A DNA stretch of 64,000 nt from the IMG/VR virus record IMGVR_UViG_3300022602_000028; one strand, 5' to 3'. Source of the DNA: a virus. The stretch's first letter is position 1. Each line of letters begins with the position of its first letter. Shown here piece after piece: positions 12,101-20,921 of the stretch. The position numbers and the translations under genes were made by a program. The notes below the pieces were generated by a model that did no database searches, had not been told where the DNA came from, and worked only from the letters and a program-made list of their open reading frames with translations.

Positions 12101-15100
12101 TTGGCAACAGTTGTGTGCTAGGTTTAGAGTCTAATTTAATCCAATCACTGTCGACAAAGGTTGCAGTCCCTGCTAAAAATTTGCTGGCAGTATAATAAAA
12201 TTCTTTATGCTTTACAATATCACCTAAATCATAATCAGTCCATTCTGACCATTCTGTAATTTTAGCTAAGTCTAAAATGAATCCAGGTATATCAAATCCG
12301 CCATACCAATCTATACTAACATATCCAGATACTTTAATTCTGTCTTGTTTATAACCTGTGGGAGGATTATATATTGTATCATTAAACATTGTAGTATTAT
12401 TCAACAATACTACATGCTCATGCTGTATTAAGTAAAATGTTGCTCCGTATATTCCATCAGCTGTTCGTGGGCTATAGCTTACTGCATTATCAGATCTGTA
12501 AGAATTTATAAAAATTGCTTCTAATGGCGTGCCATCTACTTTATAAATTTCATATCCGTTAAATTGATTTCTAATATCGTCTACTACACTCAACGGAGTG
12601 TTAAAAATTATCTTATCTGCCGCTGGGCTTAGACTTATTACAGAACTTCCTATAGAACTTAGCCCATCTATTTTTACAAAATTCTTTGATTGGAAGTTAA
12701 CATCTGGTAAAACATTACTAATAGCTTTATAATATTCTCCGTTATATCTTACAATATCATTATAGACAAATGATTTATTTGGCAACCAGTCGTCCCACTT
12801 ATCTTGTCCTGTACTCCAGTTTTGTGTAGTCCAGAATAAAAATTCTTTGGCGCTAGTTTCCCAATTGGTAACGGCATTTAAATTACTATTAAATTCGTCA
12901 AAGATAAATCCTTGATCTTTTAAATACTCTCCGTATCCTAAAAGAAAATCTACTACATCTTGTATTGTTGAAAATTCTGATCCGTAAGGAACTGTTATTG
13001 GTGCAGTTCTATCCCATGTTTTTCTAAATATTGCGGACTTGCCGCCGATAATAGGAACGCTACCTATAGCTGTAAAGTATTGTGGTTGGAAAACAGTTGT
13101 CGACAAATGAGATGTTCTAACTTGATAATATTGATTAATATATTTTACAATTTTACCTGCCACGTAGTTTTCATTTTCTGTCCATACCGTAAAAGCTTCA
13201 GTTATTCCACCAATAGTAACTGTTGCTCCAGATTGCAAATAAGGATAATACACAAAATAAGGCTGAGTTCTGTTATAACCTTTAACTTCAAATCCGTTTG
13301 TAAGTTTTGTTATAACTACACCACTGTAAGAAATTGATTTAATAGGACTAGATTTATTTAAAATAATGCTATAATCTTCTTGAGGAACAAATACGCTTCC
13401 TGTACTTAGAGGAGTCTTACTATCTAGAATTAAATTAAATTTTTCTTTGCTAGTGAACGCTCCTACACGATGACTAATCTGCGTTTGAATATTAGTTAAA
13501 TCATAAACATAGGCAGAATATAAAGTAGTAGTATCACTTAAAATATAATTTATAATATAATTTATAATACCAGAAGTTTGCACTCGAGTGTTGCTAGTTG
13601 TAACGCTAGGCAAGACTACATCTGTAGGACGAATTCTTAAACCCGTAGGCGAATAAATTAGCTGACCAGCTATATTTCTTACAATTCTCGATCTGTCCAA
13701 TAATACTCCAAATGTTTTTGCAGGAGTCAATAATAAACTAGTTAGTAATATACTAAAAGGATAATGACTACTTCTACGCCATGCAGATTCTACTGGGCCA
13801 ACATCTCCAAATATAAAACTTGAAGCTGTTTGATTTGTTATAGTACCACTTACTATACCAGCTTGAGATGGACTAATTAGATTTCCATCCTCATCAACTG
13901 GAATATGATTTACAAGATAAGATTTTTTATATTTAAAATTAACTGTGCTTGGAGATGTACCATCTCCTTTAATAATTCCGTTAGCAATGTCAGTCCACAT
14001 TACAAGATTATTGCTAGTATACGGACTTGGTCCGTATACTGAAGTCCACCAACTTGGCTCAATTGTAAATCCTAACATTTCCCAAGGACAAATATTTGGT
14101 CTATCAGTATCATAAAAATATTTGTACACTCCTCTCCAATAACCCGGAACATCTGTACCGGATGGAGAGCTTAATCCTCTATAATTATAAGTAAGAGGAT
14201 TGTTAGAATCATAAGAGGGATTTTTAGTGTAGTCAGTATCGACTAATAGTAACCATTTATAAAAATTAGGAGCTAAGACTTGATTAAATTCTGCTAAAGA
14301 ATAATCATTAGGTCTAGTATAACTTGGATAAATGTCAGCAATATCGTAAATATCAGTATTGTATGCAACTTTGATATTGTTAAAGATTCGTTTTTCTAAT
14401 TCTAAAATAACATCATCTCTGTAATCGCCATAAGCCAAAATCTGGCTTCCATCGTGTCCTTGGATTATTGTATTAGGCGTAATGAACGATGTGTCTAGAT
14501 ATATCTGAGGAGTAAATTTTGGATAAATTCCAAGTTTTGTCGGTGTTTCTGGAATAAAGCATCCGTCTGTACTTTCATATTCATAGATAGAAATAACATC
14601 TCCATTTGTCAACGCAAAAGTTATTGTAACAAACCCTTGTGTGTTAAACAAATAATCTCTACCATATATTAACTGCACATCATTTACATAAACCCCAACT
14701 GCATTGGGTGTTAAAGTATCTAAACTAAATGCGTTGTTTAATGGATAAATTTGTATTCTATAATCAATTACAGTAATTACTGTTTCCACACTGCTACCAT
14801 AGGGCGCCATATCACTAAAATAGTATGGTTGAGAATTTGTTTTATCAGAATTAATAATTTTTAAAATTTCGTCAACTTGTTTGCGAGGAGTATCAGAAGT
14901 GTTAAGTGATTCTGCAATTGATATAAATGTTTTTTTAAATTTAATATAATCATCTCTACTTTTTTCAATAGCTCTAATAACATTATTTGTTTGGTTAGTG
15001 ATATGATATACATTTAAACTTGCTGGAGCACTATGTTGTACAAACTTGGTACCATATTGTGTAATATTACCTAAATCTCTAATGTTAGTATAAGAAGAAT

Positions 15101-17438
15101 CTGGAATATGTTCAACAATAGAGTTAACATGGTCTAATACTTCGCCAAGTGTAAAGTCTGTTAGCTGATCGTTTAACGGATTATTTTGCAAGTTAACAGG
15201 GATTTCATAATATCCATTAGAATTAATTGGTTGAGATGCATACGCTTTAATTGTTAATACATCAGTTAAAGCTATAGGTGTATTCAGTTGTATTGTTTTA
15301 TAGAACGGACCTGTAACTATTGTATAAGAATTATTACTTAAGAAAATTCCGTTAACATATACTTTTATTTGTAGATCATTTAAGTTTGAAATATCATCAA
15401 ATATATCTATATTAAAATTATTTGTTAAATTAGAATTTTTATAAATTCTAATAGCCGCTTGAACTGTAGTTGAATTACAAATTTGCCAACCATTAAGATA
15501 CTCTACTTCTCCTGAATAAAGAGTATGACTTAAAAATCCAGTATTAATAGGAATAGTAACTAAAGTTATTTCATTTTTATATCTAAATGTATCTGAATTT
15601 AGATTAAAATTAAAAGAAATATCTCCAATATTTGAAATGTTTTTATAACTTAAAGCAAATCCTAAATACGGATCTGTTGCTCCGCTAGATGCAATTTTAT
15701 AAGAAAATAATTCAGTTCCGACAAAAGTCGACCCATCATAAGTTGATAAATTTCCAAAACTAATACCATTAGAATCTACTATATCAAACAACGGCGGCTG
15801 ATTAGTTTTAGTTTTAGTCTGCGTTTTAATCCAAGTTGTGCCATCGTACCAATACATTAATCCTTGATTTACTGATCCAGTTTTAATTAAAACTACTTGG
15901 TTTTCTAAAGGTTGTGCTAGTTCTACTAAATGAATTTGTTTGCTGTTAGTATTTAAATGTAACACATCCACAAATTTAACTTGATATATATTGTTTTTTA
16001 CGAGACGATCTGTATCTGCTGTAAACAATATCTTTTGGCCTTCGCTTAGTGAAACACCATCTATACTATATCCGTGACTGCCTTCGATTGTAGAAAATAC
16101 ATCTTTTGTAAAATTATCAATTAAATCAATATCGCCAATTGCAGTAGTACCAAAATTAAATAATTTTAAGTTAGGTTGAAATTCTATAATGGGGCGTACT
16201 GCTCTTAGAGTTTGATCAGTACTCGATACATGTCCGTTAAATGTGGCACTTGCATTAATTACATCTTTGTGAAACCATCGATTGTATCGGCTCCATGGAT
16301 TATAATCGACGCTTGCTCGATTAATAGTGATATAATCTTTTAATTGAGCAAACGCTGTTGTATCGCTAAACGCATTGCTATCAAATAAATCGCTATCAAA
16401 TAAAATAGTTTGTTCAATAGTATATACACTGGTAACTTCTAACACTTCTTTATTTGTTAGTGTTATAGCAGTGCCAACACCCTCAACATAATACTCCCCA
16501 GATGCATAGCTAGCCGGTGTCACATTGCCACCAAATGATACTTTCATACCATTACTAAGTTTAGTGCCGTCTGATAAAGTATATGATGCTTTTCCTAATA
16601 ATTCATTTTGAACATCAATATAAGTATCGTCTTCTATTGATAATATTTCAAACACGCCGCCTAAACTTAAATTGCGATCGCTTTGATAATATAAGATGCT
16701 AGGCGCATCTAGTGGAACTTGGAACACTATTGATCCAGATTGCACCGATTGACTAGTAACTCCAGTATTATATAAATCGGTGTTTACTAAAGATCGAGCT
16801 ACTCGGATACTAATTGGATCTCCTACACTATTAATATTAAATGTGTATGTTTGTCCTCTATATAACTTTATAGAAGGATTGGGTGTTAGCCCGTCAGGCG
16901 TGAACACTAATTGATTATTTGAAGCTTCTAATTTTAAATCAACAGTATAAGTGCTGTTGACATTTAGTTTATGTCCGTAAATTCTAATAGTCTCGGGTCC
17001 GTACGGTAACCAATAATAGTTTTGGAAATTAACAAATTTATCCCAATCAATATGTGGATCCCAACTATAAAATTCTTGCTTATTCAATCGACTATGGTTT
17101 GAAACATTGGCTTCAAACACATTTAATTGATTAATATAATCGATATAATCTTTAAAAAAGATATTATTGCCTAGTGGATCATTAATAGTGAAACTAGGTT
17201 CAAGTTGATAATTTTGTCTATCTTGACTAGCGGCTTGTAAAAAAATATCAGAACCGGTCGTTGCTTTAGCATTTTCTCTACCAACGTAGCCGTTAACTTT
17301 TTTAACAACACCAGGTTGTGTTAGCTGGTCGATGGTAGCTTGTAAAAATCTTTTATTAGCATCAGTTTTGTAAACGTTTGGTAATAAATCTGATGATAGA
17401 TTTTTTTTATCGCCGTATGGGTTGGTAAGATCAGCCAT
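3108..17438 (-). CDS. Giant baseplate wedge/scaffold protein (4776 aa; gp7-like position)
   Basis: Uninterrupted 14.3-kb ORF overlapping the gp6 stop. It contains W...Y..G.IV.Y repeats, I.I...G.GY...P.V.I..G.GA repeats, an FG-GAP-like propeller region (FG..L....D, LAVGSP) and (G)DG.T..F Ig-like repeats. It sits in the slot T4 gp7 occupies after gp6. Confidence 0.7.
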   Translation of the reverse strand: MADLTNPYGDKKNLSSDLLPNVYKTDANKRFLQATIDQLTQPGVVKKVNGYVGRENAKATTGSDIFLQAASQDRQNYQLEPSFTINDPLGNNIFFKDYIDYINQLNVFEANVSNHSRLNKQEFYSWDPHIDWDKFVNFQNYYWLPYGPETIRIYGHKLNVNSTYTVDLKLEASNNQLVFTPDGLTPNPSIKLYRGQTYTFNINSVGDPISIRVARSLVNTDLYNTGVTSQSVQSGSIVFQVPLDAPSILYYQSDRNLSLGGVFEILSIEDDTYIDVQNELLGKASYTLSDGTKLSNGMKVSFGGNVTPASYASGEYYVEGVGTAITLTNKEVLEVTSVYTIEQTILFDSDLFDSNAFSDTTAFAQLKDYITINRASVDYNPWSRYNRWFHKDVINASATFNGHVSSTDQTLRAVRPIIEFQPNLKLFNFGTTAIGDIDLIDNFTKDVFSTIEGSHGYSIDGVSLSEGQKILFTADTDRLVKNNIYQVKFVDVLHLNTNSKQIHLVELAQPLENQVVLIKTGSVNQGLMYWYDGTTWIKTQTKTKTNQPPLFDIVDSNGISFGNLSTYDGSTFVGTELFSYKIASSGATDPYLGFALSYKNISNIGDISFNFNLNSDTFRYKNEITLVTIPINTGFLSHTLYSGEVEYLNGWQICNSTTVQAAIRIYKNSNLTNNFNIDIFDDISNLNDLQIKVYVNGIFLSNNSYTIVTGPFYKTIQLNTPIALTDVLTIKAYASQPINSNGYYEIPVNLQNNPLNDQLTDFTLGEVLDHVNSIVEHIPDSSYTNIRDLGNITQYGTKFVQHSAPASLNVYHITNQTNNVIRAIEKSRDDYIKFKKTFISIAESLNTSDTPRKQVDEILKIINSDKTNSQPYYFSDMAPYGSSVETVITVIDYRIQIYPLNNAFSLDTLTPNAVGVYVNDVQLIYGRDYLFNTQGFVTITFALTNGDVISIYEYESTDGCFIPETPTKLGIYPKFTPQIYLDTSFITPNTIIQGHDGSQILAYGDYRDDVILELEKRIFNNIKVAYNTDIYDIADIYPSYTRPNDYSLAEFNQVLAPNFYKWLLLVDTDYTKNPSYDSNNPLTYNYRGLSSPSGTDVPGYWRGVYKYFYDTDRPNICPWEMLGFTIEPSWWTSVYGPSPYTSNNLVMWTDIANGIIKGDGTSPSTVNFKYKKSYLVNHIPVDEDGNLISPSQAGIVSGTITNQTASSFIFGDVGPVESAWRRSSHYPFSILLTSLLLTPAKTFGVLLDRSRIVRNIAGQLIYSPTGLRIRPTDVVLPSVTTSNTRVQTSGIINYIINYILSDTTTLYSAYVYDLTNIQTQISHRVGAFTSKEKFNLILDSKTPLSTGSVFVPQEDYSIILNKSSPIKSISYSGVVITKLTNGFEVKGYNRTQPYFVYYPYLQSGATVTIGGITEAFTVWTENENYVAGKIVKYINQYYQVRTSHLSTTVFQPQYFTAIGSVPIIGGKSAIFRKTWDRTAPITVPYGSEFSTIQDVVDFLLGYGEYLKDQGFIFDEFNSNLNAVTNWETSAKEFLFWTTQNWSTGQDKWDDWLPNKSFVYNDIVRYNGEYYKAISNVLPDVNFQSKNFVKIDGLSSIGSSVISLSPAADKIIFNTPLSVVDDIRNQFNGYEIYKVDGTPLEAIFINSYRSDNAVSYSPRTADGIYGATFYLIQHEHVVLLNNTTMFNDTIYNPPTGYKQDRIKVSGYVSIDWYGGFDIPGFILDLAKITEWSEWTDYDLGDIVKHKEFYYTASKFLAGTATFVDSDWIKLDSKPSTQLLPNWTYKAGQFTDFYSLDSDNFDSKQQQVAQHLIGYQKRQYLDTIIQDDVSEYKFYQGMIREKGTRNVLNKLFDVLSADNQESLTFYEEWAIRVGQYGASKAFENIEFVLNQSAFFTNPQAFELVNSIPYTLVNDFVIRQTPNDIYLKPLGYASAPWPLTTNYIPFLNSAGFVRNSEVFKSLGTLSEITGIDPDTGLLYDITTFNAGCYIQVSFDNNSWNVYKFTNLNLKIQSVSFSNSVLTFTTENIVALTVGQYVGISQVASIAGFYQITSVNLNSFSVSAPLIKTISNPFTQSAQLIVYGFLSQKIQTTDNLDDVIDNDLSANQQVWVENYSNGKWATLSYNPIYSQTEITNTFPIDNLNYGKNIVISGNGKIAVTAMNTGEIRIWDKAGQDSPWIERQTISLPLALSGLNIARNLSTVLAISDDASWLAVGSPLAGNVPTRFKGVWNISSSYTIGDIVRVSYTNYTPIFYQAIANSSAGIAPASDLTKWKLITYVPLDTSGTASAFSEQGLVSLYQKDGNNIFSLVDHIVSPEPQNTEHFGNSIKFGTNSMYISAPGYTTQAGHVGVIRRFNYATVINASSPYNPVGSTGTTLSLTSTIGIRAGMTVSGVGFTNQYVVSVLSSTLLELSLAPTSIPSGIISFTTTSWVLDSINVYLSPTGTSAYATKFNISADNTVLVASGLANNSYGSVYVYKGTPTITPTQIITGSDVFFGVALTLTDSGNYLAIGDIITTVTKIDQGSVTIYKFNSSNNQFNYYQSLTNHSAKSSGYFGTNLSFMNGENTIVVYSQDEDTSQLTTFDTITTTFDKKSTAFSAQHTNSGRIDVYDRYANKWVYSETLQTSSQTTDGYGLGFAVGANHILVGAPYSLDSGFKSGKIYDYSKNLNSYSWNVLHYEVDKPNPNKIKKAFLYNKKLGTLIQYLDIIDVAQGKIAGLADEEIKFKTFYDPAIYSDSTGTFTVVTDSQQAWTKSKVGMLWWNLSTAKFIDAYDNDVIYRNSSWNTLATGASIDIYEWVESSVLPAVWDQQSGTVAGLAANISGTSLYGNNVYSKRSRYDTLSQTTRYTYYFWVKNKTTIPNVSGRNISASDVSTLISNPRGYNYPYLALTGTNSFSLINVSNNLNNSDVVLSVEYWLIDKTDQNIHQQFKLISNDPITTLPKLIEQKWIDSLCGKDSVGRDVPDSTLPVKLKYGVENRPRQSMFVNRFEALKEFVDHANIVLSANQITKNKNISNLQSYETLPSVITGLFDLIKTSEVEIPLINTGGYVRPVLGTPVIADGKIIGITIINAGRGYLYAPYITITGSGVGAVVRSTINSAGQITGASVLNSGEGYTNNTTASVRDFSVLVESDSQAEGFWSIYSYNPVDNTWARVRTQSYDTRNFWAYADWYATGFNQFSAIDFAVDNYYGLNSINTTVNQVVKIRNANSGGWVLLEKYATSASTDWTQSYKIVGLQNGTIQLKSTLYESIDTNIGYDGSIYDNVVYDNNPSVELRIILQTLKNNIFIDDLKQNYLDLFFTTVRYALSEQLYLDWIFKTSFVKSTHNLGVLDQPVTYKPDNLSNFQDYISEVVPYRSTVREYVSAFSGTDYEHTLVTDFDIPPIYEDGMETIINAYVSNGKIQADDANIQTYPWKNWLDNVGFSITELKIVDGGTGYISEPVVTITSDSGSGATARAFFANGVVNRIIILTPGSGYLSAPTVTLSGGLSVSGKQATAIAIIGNSVVRSNLIKIKFDRTTYSYYITQLDVSQTFTGRSGILQFNLTWAPDIKVGNSSVTVDGVLILRDSYTLAVKTTTTNGYTQYSGLITFLTAPATGSIIVVNYIKDESLLNANDRIKYYYKSSNGSLGTDFAQLMTGIDYGGVIVNGLGFDVATGWGTLPYYSDKWDSADPTFNDYIVTVSANTHSFTLPYTPVAGVDINVYHSVLNTDAYTSDGVTTSYPFNLYDVLPVVSANIAHQSVSIQTNYYPPAGAYIPSTTLTVASTVGIVPGMTVIGAGFVADSITLVPLQQVVSVINSTTLKLNIVPNTQPNGTLTFTKNVAKSTILALSSVAGIQIGDAVSTSAVSAFGQDTVVTAINSVTNEVTLNQITFVTILNSSSIVFSRSLSPIFSNYNAILSAPLTAGTNIIIKSYFDPVRIDDPNYGTMLQTNSNAVMSTPVMNGITSVITIPNTVIVTDGDRFILRQSTSDGSVKPLDQDYDTALSGGDMGYTTATGLAPEDIIVDGDDLISPTTSPAPEEVVPGQIVDTLAIKVFDQPNSGSANIKVDKYIADGNTVLFDITQPINNSRALIVKNNDSIVTYNTDYTVDYKNKQIKFNVAPIAGNIVSIFSFGFNGSNILDIDSFVGDGSTTEFLTKAPWTTYETSLVYVDGVASVIELFKTDSTYAASNRTGIRFGIAPAVGSVINYVIVSGTQQTFSIAKTEKIPTDGVNRVYNLFYPVGNVLPAESNMIVRVDQTILSSPINQYYTIANNELSYTVDEDRAIPYSITIDNILVYVSGVKLNLGTDYTINLGGITVTITKQNYNLYQGQILSISIIQNNGYAYLPNTQQISFSNVYNSSNVVEVISFYNHDILDVQRTAFNITTDISYIQNSVTYFNYTGLGAGILPLDRTVLNDSYVWITHNNTLLTPSLDYKISDDKKYVWLAQTPALNDVFSLMTFSSNVLTPGISYMQFKDMLNRVHFKRLSKNKQTQLANDLHYNDVVIQVIDASNFDKPNTALQKPGVVEIYGERIEFYQIDGNTLSQLRRGTQGTGTPQVHPIGTPVQDIGPSETLPYSESSTITTIISDGTNIVSLPFVPEKSNEIWTYSTGFTSTIPTGYGQSDQLEVFIAGYNDAIDWMPNVEYTVGIIIKVASYNYRCITSHTSSTNFLADSANWQFFIGNLRLKKKPYKVHNETIAPYSPAGDVQLDAEFAVDGVNSSLRLTNLIPAGTQITVVRRKGISWDSSLNIQYDNNNIATFLKATPGIWYSDKVGLTTSTTFTGSFDNSSAGFDDNTDQW

Positions 17439-20400
17439 TTAAATTTCCGTATGTTGCGCTAGTTATAGTCTGTGAAGATATTGAAGAAAGTGCCGAGCCG
17501 GTCACTGATTTAATATTGCCGCTGGTGATACTTGTAATAACTTGTATGTTAGAAACAGTTGCAGTACTAATAAAGATCTGGTCGCTTGGGCATGATATTT
17601 CAAATAAGCTGCCAAAATAAGCATTACTTTGAATAGGAACAATTATAAAATTTGTTATATCAGGTGTCAGTTGATTCATAATATAAGTAGACAATTCTGT
17701 AAAATAGAATGTGTCTCCAAAATTCCAATTATCTAATGTAAAAAATTGATTAATCGCTGTAATAATTCTAGACTGTATATCATTATCCGATACTACAGAA
17801 TTTATATTTTTTGTAACTTTAAATGTTGCTTGCAATTCTGGACTTGCATCGGGCCCAAATAAAGATCTATAAGTTACCGGATGATATATTATTTCATCTG
17901 ATATCGGTTTAATAAGATCCAATGACGATCCTATAAGATTATTAATTTCGTCAGAGCTTGGAGGCAAAGGTTTTATTGAAGTTGCTCCATCAACCCATTG
18001 TCTATATGCGGTATCATAATCTTTAGTTAATATATAAACATCCATTATGTTACTTGAGCCTGGATCAATTCTACTTTCAAAATCCGCACTATGGGTATAC
18101 TGGAATTTAAGTTTATCTCTACCGACAAACACTTTATAATCTAATGTTGGTACTAGTGCAGAAGTTGCTAAAGTCAGCTGTTTTACTACTCCAGTAGAAG
18201 TAAAGTAAAAATATTGTCCATCTGTATACTGGTTATATGCTCCTAGCGCACTTTCTGAACTTAGTATAATAACAATATTACTACTGTTATTAACATATCT
18301 ATAATCTTCTTGTCCTGTAGAAATTATATAACGTTGTTGAATAATATATTTTGTTAAAGGAGCTGTTGTAGGATTAACAATATCTAAAAATAACTGCGGA
18401 TTATCCACTATACCATTATAGTTTGAATCGCTGAAAGATACAACAATTTTTGTATTGTCAACATAACCATCAAGTCCGCTATATGATGATGTAACGTCCC
18501 AAGGATAATCTTCTGTGAACGAAGTAGTCAATCCGGGTTGATGATTGATATTTAAAATTTTAATTTGATCCCTAACAGTTGAATTTGTAGTGGAATCATA
18601 AATTGTCACATTATCATTAAAATAAAATGTTAATTCTTCATCACTTTCAAAAATATATCTTAGCAATCTTGTAGTAATTGTATATGTTTCGTTATCAGTT
18701 GTAAACAATAGCATCCAACTAGAATCTTGTTTAGTGTTAGATACATCGCCTTGTTTACCTAAATTAAACAACGAAGTCTGGTCAAGATTAGTTTCAAAAA
18801 TAATTTGCCATGTTTGTGTCGGGCCATCATATCTTAATCCAAATGCACGATTACTAAAAATTAAATCAATAACTGTGGTTATAACGCTAGAACTAAGTGT
18901 CGTGGTAAATTTAGGAATAATTTGCGTAATAATAGAAGTATTAGGAACTACTACACTAAATGTAATCGGGCCAGGATATGCAGTAGATGGGATTCCGTTA
19001 CCAACAACATTTACTACTTCTGCCCATATATAACTTGCGCTACCTAATGCACCAACAGTGCCGTAGACTAATTTATTTGATTGTGTTTTATCAAAATAAT
19101 AGCCAGCAGGTGCGACAAATTTAACTAATGCACCTGGAGTTAAATATTTAAGATCAGTTGCAGTATAACTTCCTACTGGAAATGGAGATGCATCTACTAC
19201 ATTTCCAATATAGCCATTGCTAGAAGAACTAGTAGCACTAGTTTGATACCAACTAATATTAAGACTAGTAGTTAAGAAATTTATAAAATTATTATAATAA
19301 AAATTTCTTAAATCAATCGATTGTAATAAATCATAAACTGTATTATATATAACACCATCAATATCTGATTTTGTGTTATATTGAAATGTAGTTAATTGAG
19401 TGTATGGATCTTGATACAAGACGCCATCATTAGCATACAAATTAGTTGAGCTATATTTTCCTGTAGGATCTTTAAGATCAAAGTATTGACTAATACCGCT
19501 ACTTGATCTGTTAATACTTTTAACTTTAGCAACTTGTTGAGTAACCGATAACGGACTGATGTTATAATCTTCAGCTGTTATCATCCTATTCTGCGTATAA
19601 TAAGTTTGAGGAGCGTTGGCTTTGATACTAGCATTTGTTTCTGCTACAGCAGAATTTGCAACACTTGTTTGTAAATTCATTGTTATGGTCAACGATTCTG
19701 TTTGACCTTTTCTGCTAATATAAGGAATAGATATAGATACATTTCTAATATCTGCAGGATTGATTACATATGATAAGCCATTGCTAACTCTATAATATGT
19801 TCTAAAATCACCTAATGGTAAATTTCCAAAAGTACCATCACTAAAAGCTAGACTAACAGCATCGCTTGCTCTGCTTACAACACTATAGATATTCTTAATG
19901 CTTTTATTCAAACTATTATAGATAATATTGTTTCCAGCAGTCGTAGGAACTTGTGTCCATAATTCAGACTCAGCTCCATTTTGATCTAATCTGTATAACC
20001 ATACATCATTATTATTAATGTTAGTTGTATTAATATCAACGCTTTCGTTGCTAGTAGGATGTGTAACTGTAAATGATCCTACAGTTAATGTACCTTGTGT
20101 AAAATTAAGAAAAAATCCATTACTGTTACTACCTGCTCCTTTACCATCATCTCTGTAAATGCAAGCAAGATTGTTTCCAACTTTTGGAGTTTCTTCGTAA
20201 ATGTATGCTTGTCCGCTAAATGTTGTACTTGTAATTTCAAAATTCATTGTGCGGCCGGCTACAGATTTAGTGAACGCATAAATTGGAATGCCAGTATTTG
20301 TACCTTGGAAACGATATTGACTTGTAGGAATTCCATAAATTGTATCTTTAGCTGATGGATTTCCAAATTGCTGAGTAGACGGCATTGCGGCATTTATTAT

Positions 20401-20874
20401 TTTAATAAATTGATCATTCCAATTAGGATTTGCCGGATCGTTCCAAGTTACAACTTGATTAGCTAAGTTTCTGCCGTTACTGTCAACTACCGTTTCTGTT
20501 GTTTTTACTGTGGTAAATTTTAATAAACCCTGGGCAGGAATATTACGTTTAGCATTATAACTGATTAATCTTGCAAGACGTAAGACGCTATCTCTGCGTT
20601 CTGCTAGCTCTAAAAAGTTTTCACGTGCATTTAAATCTACTCGAAATGCAACACTTTGTCCAACAAATGCTACTAGATCTACTAGTGCTAGGTACTCTGA
20701 ACTTTCAATATAATCGTTAAAATCTTCTGGATAATTTGTACGCAGATATGTAATCATAGTTCTGCGTAGATTTTCAAAATCATAACTTTGAAAGTCTGCA
20801 TTTTTAAAAGACTGATAAATCTTTTTCCAGTCTTGATTAATTAACAAGTTATTTTGTCTGTCAGTTGAGCTCAT
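17431..20874 (-). CDS. gp6: Baseplate wedge subunit, T4 gp6-like
   Basis: N-terminal DFQSYDFENLRRTMITYLRTNYPEDFNDYIESSE...FRVDLNARENFLELAERRDSVLRLARLISYN and the internal APQTYYTQNRMITAEDY motif are characteristic of the gp6/baseplate J family. Confidence 0.9.
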   Translation of the reverse strand: MSSTDRQNNLLINQDWKKIYQSFKNADFQSYDFENLRRTMITYLRTNYPEDFNDYIESSEYLALVDLVAFVGQSVAFRVDLNARENFLELAERRDSVLRLARLISYNAKRNIPAQGLLKFTTVKTTETVVDSNGRNLANQVVTWNDPANPNWNDQFIKIINAAMPSTQQFGNPSAKDTIYGIPTSQYRFQGTNTGIPIYAFTKSVAGRTMNFEITSTTFSGQAYIYEETPKVGNNLACIYRDDGKGAGSNSNGFFLNFTQGTLTVGSFTVTHPTSNESVDINTTNINNNDVWLYRLDQNGAESELWTQVPTTAGNNIIYNSLNKSIKNIYSVVSRASDAVSLAFSDGTFGNLPLGDFRTYYRVSNGLSYVINPADIRNVSISIPYISRKGQTESLTITMNLQTSVANSAVAETNASIKANAPQTYYTQNRMITAEDYNISPLSVTQQVAKVKSINRSSSGISQYFDLKDPTGKYSSTNLYANDGVLYQDPYTQLTTFQYNTKSDIDGVIYNTVYDLLQSIDLRNFYYNNFINFLTTSLNISWYQTSATSSSSNGYIGNVVDASPFPVGSYTATDLKYLTPGALVKFVAPAGYYFDKTQSNKLVYGTVGALGSASYIWAEVVNVVGNGIPSTAYPGPITFSVVVPNTSIITQIIPKFTTTLSSSVITTVIDLIFSNRAFGLRYDGPTQTWQIIFETNLDQTSLFNLGKQGDVSNTKQDSSWMLLFTTDNETYTITTRLLRYIFESDEELTFYFNDNVTIYDSTTNSTVRDQIKILNINHQPGLTTSFTEDYPWDVTSSYSGLDGYVDNTKIVVSFSDSNYNGIVDNPQLFLDIVNPTTAPLTKYIIQQRYIISTGQEDYRYVNNSSNIVIILSSESALGAYNQYTDGQYFYFTSTGVVKQLTLATSALVPTLDYKVFVGRDKLKFQYTHSADFESRIDPGSSNIMDVYILTKDYDTAYRQWVDGATSIKPLPPSSDEINNLIGSSLDLIKPISDEIIYHPVTYRSLFGPDASPELQATFKVTKNINSVVSDNDIQSRIITAINQFFTLDNWNFGDTFYFTELSTYIMNQLTPDITNFIIVPIQSNAYFGSLFEISCPSDQIFISTATVSNIQVITSITSGNIKSVTGSALSSISSQTITSATYGNLNG

Positions 20875-20892
20875 TTAGTAGTCCTAGTATTG

Positions 20893-20898
20893 TATTTA
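20893..20898 (-). promoter_or_regulatory. Putative gp55-dependent late promoter core (TAAATA) for gp6
   Basis: AATAAATACA on the minus strand, 19 nt upstream of the gp6 ATG, followed by an AGGA Shine-Dalgarno; the same core precedes most late genes in the window. Confidence 0.6.
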
Positions 20899-20921
20899 TT
20901 TGTAACAATTATGTGCGCTGT

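Noticed and set aside
17401-17408. A8 homopolymer near the start of the giant gene as a phase-variation switch
   Set aside because: An 8-mer is expected by chance in AT-rich DNA, and nothing else supports it.
3108-17438. Alternative genetic code
   Set aside because: ORFs of 14.3 kb and >7.6 kb are open under code 11, and genes tile the window without fragmentation.
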